Shown one piece after another: positions 1 through 7,988 of a DNA stretch of 64,000 nucleotides. The notes below the pieces were generated by a model, which was given only the letters and a program-made list of their open reading frames with translations, did no database searches and was not told the origin of the DNA. How positions within the stretch are numbered: the first letter of the stretch is position 1; each line of letters opens with the position of its first letter. A program made the translations under genes and the position numbers. Source of the DNA: Carpediemonas membranifera BICM (Eukaryota > Protista > Fornicata); the NCBI GenBank assembly GCA_019828565.1, contig JAHDYR010000001.1, positions 372,001 to 436,000 on the forward strand, in the 5' to 3' direction.

Positions 1-351
1 CAGCCTGCCCCGCGTGGTATCCCGAATATCGAGGTGGCGTTCGACCTCGGCATGGATGACGACCTCAAGATCACTGCTGAGGACAAGAGCTCGGGCAACC
101 GCCACCAATTCTCGATCTCTCGCACGAGCCACCGTAACGAAAAGCAGAGATTTCTTCCAACTGAGGGCGCCCAACTAGTGGTCCGAGAACCGAGCGCGGG
201 AGCACAGAACGCAGAGTGCCGGGCCGACTCTGACCAAGGGCAGGATGAATATGATGACATTCGATCCTCATCTTGTGATGCTTTCGAGAACAGGAAGAGT
301 GAAGGAAATTTTGATGATGAGATGATTAACCGGGAAAATGTGATAGATTGA
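1..351 (+). CDS. Hsp70-family protein, 3' end (runs off the left edge); substrate-binding beta-domain followed by an atypical short tail
   Basis: Frame 1 from base 1 reads QPAPRGIPNIEVAFDLGMDDDLKITAEDKSSGN, matching the Hsp70 SBD motif PAPRGxPxIEVxFDID...SAxDK; ends ...ENVID*. Confidence 0.75.
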   Translation, partial: QPAPRGIPNIEVAFDLGMDDDLKITAEDKSSGNRHQFSISRTSHRNEKQRFLPTEGAQLVVREPSAGAQNAECRADSDQGQDEYDDIRSSSCDAFENRKSEGNFDDEMINRENVID

Positions 352-882
352 ATATTTGGTGCAAGGGTAATAAAGATTTGAGTCAACCCGACTCGCTCCA
401 GTAAGCGAGCAAGGGACGAAACAAGCTTCACGTTTGGTGGGATGTGGTCTGGGTCCCGTTCACGCGAGAGCTCGTTTCCCAGACAAGGGGACACGGAGTG
501 CTCAAAGTTTCGAGAGAATGACTGCACCAACCAAAAAATGCAACCAATTGGAAGCAGTATCGACGCCACTCGACCCGACTCACGGGAACAGTAAGGAAGT
601 GACTATTGCTGGCACAAGAGGCTTTTGTGGCGGGAGGCCTCGGTAGGAACGGGGTCGCCATGCACCCTGGCCGACCAAATGCCGATTGATGATTTTGTTT
701 AGACAGCAGGAAGGGAGCCAGAGACGTTGGTGCCGGCAGTGATGTATCTGAACACCACCAAGGCGATGGTAGCAAGATCGAATATTTGGTCTGATACGAC
801 CTGATTTCGCATTTCTGCTACAGTCGAGCACAAGTCAGAACGATCAGGCGATAAGTTCTGGCGAAGTAGCGCAGTTCTAGCT

Positions 883-1683
883 ATGGGAAATGGTAATTCC
901 GCAGCACCAAGTCGTTCTGACATCAACAATACACCGGTAGCGAGCCATGGTCATACTACCGCGAAGGAATCGGACAAGGGACATATTGTGAACATAGACT
1001 GGAAGCATGGCGGGCATTCAGTGTACATTACAGGTTCATTCAACCGCTGGAGGGAGCGCATACCGATGAAACACAAGGACGGCGTCTGGTCAGTGGGCAT
1101 CCGCCTCCCCATTGGACTGCATCAGTACAAGTACGTCGTGGACAACGAGTGGAAGTATGACCACACCAAGCCCACTAGATCAGACCCTATTGGGAATGTG
1201 AACAACATTATCGAGATCCACGAGACGCTCGACGACCCTGATGCTCGCGAGTACACACAGACCCTGCCTGTGCTAGGACAGGGGCTGTTTGATAACATGG
1301 GGCTTGTGCCAGACGCTCAGCCCAAGCAGCTGAACACCACGCCTCTCAACAGACAGATGAAGGACGACGGCCGCATCCACCCCGACGCCGCAAGCCAGCA
1401 AAGTGCCGAGGTCGTCGGTTCAAGAGACCCGTGTCTGCTGCCCCTACCCGAGCACGTGGTGCTGACCCATTTATACCGGGCGAACACGGCGACGACGACC
1501 CAGTACGGCGTCACTGTCCGTTTTAGGAACAAGTTTGTGACGACGATAGTTTATAACCCGAGCTCGGGTGTGCTGGACGAGCGGCGGCGTATTGAGCAGG
1601 AATGCCAGTACGGCGGGACGATGCTGAGGCCTGGTGAGAGTCTCGGGCAGTTTTACTTGAGGGAGATGCAGGCTGAGGTGTGA
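883..1683 (+). CDS. PRKAB: AMP-activated protein kinase beta subunit (SNF1 beta)
   Basis: MGNGNS myristoylation start; CBM48 domain (WKHGGHSVYITGSFNRW...HQYKYVVDNEW); C-terminal ASC domain (DPCLLPLPEHVVLTHLY...RFRNKFVTTIVY). Confidence 0.92.
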   Translation: MGNGNSAAPSRSDINNTPVASHGHTTAKESDKGHIVNIDWKHGGHSVYITGSFNRWRERIPMKHKDGVWSVGIRLPIGLHQYKYVVDNEWKYDHTKPTRSDPIGNVNNIIEIHETLDDPDAREYTQTLPVLGQGLFDNMGLVPDAQPKQLNTTPLNRQMKDDGRIHPDAASQQSAEVVGSRDPCLLPLPEHVVLTHLYRANTATTTQYGVTVRFRNKFVTTIVYNPSSGVLDERRRIEQECQYGGTMLRPGESLGQFYLREMQAEV

Positions 1684-1754
1684 TTATTGTAAAGAGCAGC
1701 AGCTAGGGGTATTGGCCGACTGTTTTATACTCAATCTAATCTCAGAGATGGGGT

Positions 1755-3704
1755 ATGGGGGATATTGGCAGGGTTTGGGGAACTCTGGGTTGGGGCAATC
1801 AGATAATGGAACCAACTGCGTCTCTGAATGCGCAGTGGGGCAAGATAAGCGAGCTGATCGGCAGCATTCAGCGCATTAAGGCTGATCTTGATGGGGAGAA
1901 CGCCAATGAGCCAGAGCTTGACGCTGTGATCAAGGACGGTGCGGTCTTCCTCGAGAAAAGTATCGCTCGCCTCCAAAACTTCGGTATATTGTCTAAGACA
2001 GCAAAAGAAGCTTACTTGATCTCTGTTTCGTCCATCATCAGCGATGGAATTCTCGCCCCCATCGCCAGTCTCCCCATTTCCAATCCACTGACTCGCCAAG
2101 CAGTCGGATACTCCCCCAAACACATCCAGGAGGCAGCTAGTGAGTGCCGCAGCGTCTGTAAGCAGCTTTCTATCCCAATCTCTGATCCCTCGACCCAGGT
2201 GTTCGCGTCTCCCATCGAGGCATTGGAATCTGTCCAGACTGCATTAGAATCGATCCGCACCAGCGCCGCTAGACTAGACAGCACGCTGGGAGAGTCGCTA
2301 GAGACTCTGCATGCTCGTATAACCTCGGCACTCCTCGCACTGAATGGCGAGGCCCCAGTCACGCTCAATTCAGATGCTCCTGAGCTTCCGGAGACATTAT
2401 ACACCCTGCTCCAGGGCACGTTGAGGACTATTCTAGTTGCTGCCCAAATGCCGGAATCCAACTGGTTTCTCTGCCGGAAATTTGCCTTTACCAAAATGGT
2501 GGTCGAGAAAGACGCTGAAACGGGTACTGTCGGGGCAGTTTCATTCGAACTATACCACGGAAGGGTGGCTATGAAGGGACCTAACGGCCATGGCCAGCTG
2601 GGAGACCCTGCTTCGCCAGCAGTAACAGGACCCGTCTGGGTTCGAGTCCCACCAGTCTCATCATTTTTTACTAATGGGTTGAGTTCGTTTGCTGCGACGT
2701 CTCGAGGAGTCTATAGTTGGGGCAGCAACACGAAAGGCCAGCTGGGGGTTGGGTCATCCGAACGTCTTGCAGCACCAAGAAGAGCAGTTTTCCCATCCGA
2801 CTTTGCCCAAGTCGAGCGGTCATCGGGTCACCATCGACTCCATCAATTTATTACTGAGGTGATGTTCTCGACGACAGCGAAGACTTGTCCTTCTTCATTC
2901 ATTCAAACTCAGTCTGGGTGGCTGGCTGCCGGTTGTAACAAGAACGGCGCCCTCGGAATAGGCTCAGATGCCCAGGTTGTGTCTACTTTCCAGCGAGTTC
3001 ACCTCCCGGCCGACTTTATTAGCGTTGACGCGGTCATTTTAGCCCGCGCCTCTTTCTGGTTGAAAGACGGTCAGTGCTATTGCTGCGGATACAACCAGGA
3101 CGGCAGCCTGGGCAATCGGACGAAGATCAACGCACACACACCCGCCCAGCTGACAGTGGGGGCGCATGACATTGATCACTTTACTGTTTACGGCCAGAGC
3201 TTTATCTTCCTCTCAGACGGCCGCTGTTGGCTCACTGGCCCTGACCGCGACGGCCTGGTCAACCATAATAATCTGTACACAAATACTTGGATATCGACTC
3301 GATCTTTGCGTGCGGCTGGATTGTCTCCGAATCTATTGAACTATGACCGGCTCCATCCGTCAAAGATTGCCATTGGCTACGAAAAGATTTTTATTCGTCT
3401 GACTGAACAATGGCTGGCCATCGGCGAGAACGACTTTGGCCAGCTTGGTACAGGAGAGTGCAACGCCCGCCTACAATCCTGGATGCCTGTCGCGCTCCCT
3501 CTGCATGTTGACATCGTGGACTTCTTCGATGGGGGTGATTCAGTCTGGTTTGTGACCACGGACGGTCTGTATGCGGCTGGATCAAACAGGTACCGTCGGC
3601 TGGGGCGTGAGGGGGCAGTGACGGTCTGCCCGGCCCCAGTGAAGGTTGAGGGGATTCCTCCGGGGATCAGGGCGTGTATTATGTACAGTTTAAGGCATGT
3701 TTGA
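1755..3704 (+). CDS. RCC1/BLIP-II repeat beta-propeller protein with helical N-terminus (start may be ATG 1806)
   Basis: Repeated VYSWGSNTKGQLG, AAGCNKNGALG, CCGYNQDGSLG, AIGENDFGQLG and AAGSNRYRRLG motifs. Confidence 0.85.
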   Translation: MGDIGRVWGTLGWGNQIMEPTASLNAQWGKISELIGSIQRIKADLDGENANEPELDAVIKDGAVFLEKSIARLQNFGILSKTAKEAYLISVSSIISDGILAPIASLPISNPLTRQAVGYSPKHIQEAASECRSVCKQLSIPISDPSTQVFASPIEALESVQTALESIRTSAARLDSTLGESLETLHARITSALLALNGEAPVTLNSDAPELPETLYTLLQGTLRTILVAAQMPESNWFLCRKFAFTKMVVEKDAETGTVGAVSFELYHGRVAMKGPNGHGQLGDPASPAVTGPVWVRVPPVSSFFTNGLSSFAATSRGVYSWGSNTKGQLGVGSSERLAAPRRAVFPSDFAQVERSSGHHRLHQFITEVMFSTTAKTCPSSFIQTQSGWLAAGCNKNGALGIGSDAQVVSTFQRVHLPADFISVDAVILARASFWLKDGQCYCCGYNQDGSLGNRTKINAHTPAQLTVGAHDIDHFTVYGQSFIFLSDGRCWLTGPDRDGLVNHNNLYTNTWISTRSLRAAGLSPNLLNYDRLHPSKIAIGYEKIFIRLTEQWLAIGENDFGQLGTGECNARLQSWMPVALPLHVDIVDFFDGGDSVWFVTTDGLYAAGSNRYRRLGREGAVTVCPAPVKVEGIPPGIRACIMYSLRHV

Positions 3705-3849
3705 TGGTTTAAAGGTGCTATCCTGCGTGTTGGGGGGATGACTCGGAAAAACGTTTTTAAAGAATAAAATAATTAAAAAAGTACAACAAAGGACACCTAA
3801 AGAGCCCTCCCAGGCTCTTCGCACGGTGTCGCTGGCCTTGACTCGATCC

Positions 3850-5604
3850 TCAGAGTCTGGGGTGACCTGGGTGATTGCGACTCGACCCCACGCCGGGCCG
3901 GACTCCAACGCTGACTGGTGTCCGCGGGACAATACCAGGCCTCACCCGCTCACCAGGCGATGACCGCATCATATCTTCAGATCCACTGTCCGCGGACAAA
4001 CTGGGCGACTCGACCATAGTCCACCGCGAGCTATTTGGGCGATCCTGCACTGACGAGGGCGGACTGAGCTCCTTCAGCACCAAGGGCGGGGGTTCGATAG
4101 AGTGGGGGGACGGTGGTCTGGGCCGGACCCGGGGTGGTGTTCGAAGAGACGGCAGGGTGCTGGCTGGAAGAGATGCTGCCAGTGACGGGGGCGGCAAGGC
4201 TACCTTCTCTGTCTTGCCGGCAATGGTGTGAGGAGTATGGGGGCGTGCCCTCAGCGCCCCTCGTGGCCTGCGCGATGACGGCGATCCCAACGGACCCGGA
4301 CTCGGGGAAGGCGGGAGTGCCGGAGAATTCAGGAGTCGGGGAGTCGTTGAGGCAGAAGACCGTGCCGGAGACTGTGTTTCCGGCATCTTTAGACTCGTAG
4401 CCCCCGTGGCAATGGCCGGCAGGGTCGGCGGGGCGGAGAGCACCATGCGAGCCGTGTCATGCGTCTTCATAACGACCACCCCGCTCGCTGGTGTTGACTT
4501 CGGTGCCGACCCAGCCAACTCTGGCGTCCTGGTCTCCCGCAGCCCCCTTCTCCGCATTGGACTCTGCCCGCCGAGGGTCGACGCCGTGTCAGCCTGCATG
4601 CGGCCCCGGTGGAAGCCCTCCTTGCTCATGATGGCGCGGGGGCTCTTGTGCTTCTCGGTCTTGCTGGATACGAGCGAGGCCTCCTGCCAGTCGACGGGAG
4701 GTGGCGTTGGCTTGGGCGACTTCAGTGCATGCATGATCTGTCTCGTTGCCAGGCTCGTGCTTGCTGCAGATGGCTGCTCCTTCGGTGTTGACACGGCCAC
4801 GGTCGCCTCGGGCCCGGCAGTGAACCTCGCCGCAGGGTCATAAACACTCGGGGCAGCCCGGGGCTGGGGTGAGTGTGTCCATGGCACATGAGGCCCTACT
4901 AGCCGGGGCGGGCCATCAGTGGGCACTCTGATGACAATATCGCCAGTCTCGGCGGCAATCCTGCTGTTGACAAGAACGGGGACGCCGTCGACCATAATCG
5001 TCACGCTGTGGGACAGCGGTGGGCTCGCTGGCGAGGCTGGACGGTTGCTGGATAGCGTGTCGGGTGTGTTAAGGCCTGGGCTTTCATCGATTGAATCTGG
5101 TTTCCCTGAGTGCGCCTGACCAACCACCTCGACCGTGTCATCCAGGTTTCGCTGGCGACGGGAGCGGTGACTCGAGCTTAAAGTCGAATGGTCCCTTTCA
5201 GCGTCATCCAGAGGTGCATTATGGCCTGAGGTCGCGTCGTTGCGAGGATGTTCTAGCGATTGGAAGTCCAACGAGAGCGGCGGCGGGTGTCGAAAAGGAG
5301 GCTCTGAAGATGACGAGGCGAGAGATCTAGAGAGCTTTGTATATGAGGAGGCGTAGGAAGGTATTTCCTTGAACTTGCCCGCATCCACTCGCGTAAGATC
5401 AGCGAGCACCCCAATGTATGAATCGGGTATGAAATCGGGAGATGGATACGCCAATACACAAGTGCCAGTATTTGGCAATCGAATACATCGGTGAGATCCC
5501 ACCATCTGTTGTATATTGCGTTGGCTGGCGGTTCTCTCTTTTCGCAGCTTATGGCAGCAACCTGCTCTGGGTGATACCGAGGCGTTGCTGACGAATAGAG
5601 ACAT
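3850..5604 (-). CDS. Pro/Ser-rich, largely disordered hypothetical protein; 5' end uncertain
   Basis: 584-aa open frame with low-complexity P/S content; no recognisable domain. Confidence 0.6.
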   Translation of the reverse strand: MSLFVSNASVSPRAGCCHKLRKERTASQRNIQQMVGSHRCIRLPNTGTCVLAYPSPDFIPDSYIGVLADLTRVDAGKFKEIPSYASSYTKLSRSLASSSSEPPFRHPPPLSLDFQSLEHPRNDATSGHNAPLDDAERDHSTLSSSHRSRRQRNLDDTVEVVGQAHSGKPDSIDESPGLNTPDTLSSNRPASPASPPLSHSVTIMVDGVPVLVNSRIAAETGDIVIRVPTDGPPRLVGPHVPWTHSPQPRAAPSVYDPAARFTAGPEATVAVSTPKEQPSAASTSLATRQIMHALKSPKPTPPPVDWQEASLVSSKTEKHKSPRAIMSKEGFHRGRMQADTASTLGGQSPMRRRGLRETRTPELAGSAPKSTPASGVVVMKTHDTARMVLSAPPTLPAIATGATSLKMPETQSPARSSASTTPRLLNSPALPPSPSPGPLGSPSSRRPRGALRARPHTPHTIAGKTEKVALPPPSLAASLPASTLPSLRTPPRVRPRPPSPHSIEPPPLVLKELSPPSSVQDRPNSSRWTMVESPSLSADSGSEDMMRSSPGERVRPGIVPRTPVSVGVRPGVGSSRNHPGHPRL

Positions 5605-5728
5605 AATGGCCTGCTACTGATGAACATGCCGCTCACATTAGACCTGGGCTGAGTCTTACGTCCCTTCCCTCAACGCCTCAGCGGGCTCGACTGCTGACCT
5701 GAGTCAAGGTTCAGACGGGGATGAAGCA

Positions 5729-5863
5729 ATGTTACCTTACTACAACCAACAGACCTTCCCAGCCCGCGTGTCCCACTTCATGGAGAAAACTACCCTTGGC
5801 TTGGCCTTGTGTCGGGCCTGTGATGATGATGAGCGCGCTGGTGATAGGGCTAACAAGAGCTAA
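5729..5863 (+). CDS. Possible 44-aa small ORF (MLPYYNQQTFPARVSHFMEKTTLGLALCRACDDDERAGDRANKS)
   Basis: ATG-TAA frame filling the gap between two minus-strand genes; below the ORF-track cutoff. Confidence 0.25.
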   Translation: MLPYYNQQTFPARVSHFMEKTTLGLALCRACDDDERAGDRANKS

Positions 5864-5890
5864 ATACGCAGTTTAATTCTATATGTACAG

Positions 5891-7864
5891 CTAAACTATA
5901 GTCAACGCGATATCAACCACTTCAGGTCGAGTGAGCGGCGTTCTCTTGGTCAAACTCGACAAAAGCATGGCAATCGTCGGTCTATCAGCCGCTCTAGGGA
6001 GCAGACACGCCTTTACGACGCTGCTATACCAAGCGGGGGTGTCTTCCCGCAGCAAGCCGGTCAACTCAGCTCGACTCTGGGCGTGACTCAGAGCCTGGCC
6101 GTCGAGTCGACTCCACCCATGGTTTCCGGAAGCCAGCTCGATGAGAACTCCGGCAAATGAATAAATATCACTTGCCGGAGAAAAGTCAGAGTCGATGCAG
6201 TCATTTGGGTCATTTGGGATTTCCGGCGCGCTCCACACAGTGCCAGTTGCCGGATAAACACTCGCTCCTCGGTCTCCAGAAGTCAAACTGTGGAACTCAA
6301 AAGACCCGAGTCGAATTCCAGAGTTGGAACGAAGGAAGGAGCCCGGCTTGATGTTGCGGTGGACAACGCCAGCAGTGGCGACTGCTTGGAGACATGCGGC
6401 ACAATCTATGGCTATCGATTCGATCTCGGGCCAGGTGGGGCGGGTGCCGGGAGACTCGTATCGCATCCGAATCCAGGAATGGAGTGTTGGACAATCTGGA
6501 TCGATGGGATCGAGTATGACCGCTCCAAACTTCGGGCTGCTCATGTAACCCGTTGAGGCAATCGCGTGGGGTCCAGCAAGGAGCTTCAAACCAATCATTT
6601 CCCGCCGGACAAGGTACATTTGATCGGTTCGATCGGATGCGAGATACATCTTGACCGTTGAATCTCTCCCATTGACAACCGCTGTCGCGAGTGTGGAGGC
6701 GTCAGTGCGGCACAGAAGTCGTGTGGGAATTATTGAGTCGAATCTCAACGCGATATCACTAGATTTGGCCCCTCCTCTTGTCTGCTCGAGTGCTAGAGCG
6801 TCTAACGCAGCCAGCATCACGTGTTGGTCGAACTCACCTCCGCTGCTCCCGTTGTTCATCGGGCAGACGACGGACGTCGTTCTCTCAATCGTCCGAAGCA
6901 CAGTACTGATCACAGCGGCGTGCCTGTCAGCTCTGAGTGCTGGGATGAAGCCCATGCCGTCCTGCAGCATCGACTGGACATCGACGGTGGCCTCATCGAG
7001 GGTACGTATGACTCGCTGGACAGAGACGGTCTGCTCGCCAGTAAGGTTGGCTCTTGCCCGCACAGCGAGAAATGAGCACAGCTGGGCGAGTTTCCATGCC
7101 ATCTTCCCGACCTCCTCCTGGTTGAGCGTCGAAGGTCCCTGCCGGCTCGCGACCTGTCGATGGAGCTCGAGCAGGGCGGTGGCGGACTTGTAAACATCAG
7201 AAATAGCTGATACTCTGACCTGTGCAGCCTCTGTGATGATGTTCATGGCGAATACTAGGCTGCTGGCAGTTCTATAGGAGCTCGAAAGGGGCGTGGCGGT
7301 GGGCTGAGCGAATTGGATGAGGTTCGCGAGCTTCACGGGGGCTGTTTCTCTAGAGTATGGAGAGATAAGTGCATTCTGTGAGCTGGATGGCGTTTGGAAC
7401 GACGGTACGGCGGTACGGCGGCATGATCGAACAACAATCAATACAGCTGCCAGTGAAACGACTAAGACAAGGAGCAAGAGCGCAATGAGCAACACTGCAT
7501 TGAGTGTTGCTCCTACTATCACTGCCACAAGCGTTCCAACGGCAAGGAGGTCGGTCATCGTCGGACAAATATCCAACTGCACCCAGACTTCAGCCTCGTC
7601 TCCCAGGGCCAAGAAAGAGCTGCTTACACCGGAACTGGGACTGGGTGTCGCACTGAGTTGTGTAGACACATTATATATTGACTGGTCAACGACGGTCAAC
7701 CCAATGATGAATTGAGAGTCTAACACGACGATACCCGGACTGTATGGACGATGAACAGACCGTGAATAGCCGGGTGCAGCCACAATGGCAGAATAAAGCA
7801 GAGAGTGGCTGCAAAAATTTGATCGATTTGATTGATTCTCAAACATTTCCTTAGCTCTTCCCAC
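5891..7864 (-). CDS. Transmembrane MLKL-like protein: TM segment + four-helix bundle + TKL-type pseudokinase (start ATG 7846 or 7558)
   Basis: About 40-aa hydrophobic stretch ending RSCRR; helical block NQEEVGKMAWKLAQLCSFL...SVQRVIRTLDEA...ALRADRHAAVI; kinase fold with no Gly loop, STVK lysine, HRNIKPGSFL instead of HRD, GSFE instead of DFG, WSAPE, SDIYSF, DRP. Confidence 0.75.
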   Translation of the reverse strand: MGRAKEMFENQSNRSNFCSHSLLYSAIVAAPGYSRSVHRPYSPGIVVLDSQFIIGLTVVDQSIYNVSTQLSATPSPSSGVSSSFLALGDEAEVWVQLDICPTMTDLLAVGTLVAVIVGATLNAVLLIALLLLVLVVSLAAVLIVVRSCRRTAVPSFQTPSSSQNALISPYSRETAPVKLANLIQFAQPTATPLSSSYRTASSLVFAMNIITEAAQVRVSAISDVYKSATALLELHRQVASRQGPSTLNQEEVGKMAWKLAQLCSFLAVRARANLTGEQTVSVQRVIRTLDEATVDVQSMLQDGMGFIPALRADRHAAVISTVLRTIERTTSVVCPMNNGSSGGEFDQHVMLAALDALALEQTRGGAKSSDIALRFDSIIPTRLLCRTDASTLATAVVNGRDSTVKMYLASDRTDQMYLVRREMIGLKLLAGPHAIASTGYMSSPKFGAVILDPIDPDCPTLHSWIRMRYESPGTRPTWPEIESIAIDCAACLQAVATAGVVHRNIKPGSFLRSNSGIRLGSFEFHSLTSGDRGASVYPATGTVWSAPEIPNDPNDCIDSDFSPASDIYSFAGVLIELASGNHGWSRLDGQALSHAQSRAELTGLLREDTPAWYSSVVKACLLPRAADRPTIAMLLSSLTKRTPLTRPEVVDIALTIV

Positions 7865-7988
7865 AAAATATTAACGAGGGCAGCTGCCCTACTCAGAGGC
7901 TTCGGCACTGGCATACTGGGAGGTGGTCATAAGATACGCGAATCTGTTTTTCGGCTAGCCAGGATTTTTCTCCACAAAAGGACAACAC

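Noticed and set aside
5632-5659. Intron-like 28-mer GTAAGA...CTAATGTGAG upstream of the 5604 ORF
   Set aside because: Splicing it leads to an in-frame TAG before the ORF; no consistent gene model could be built
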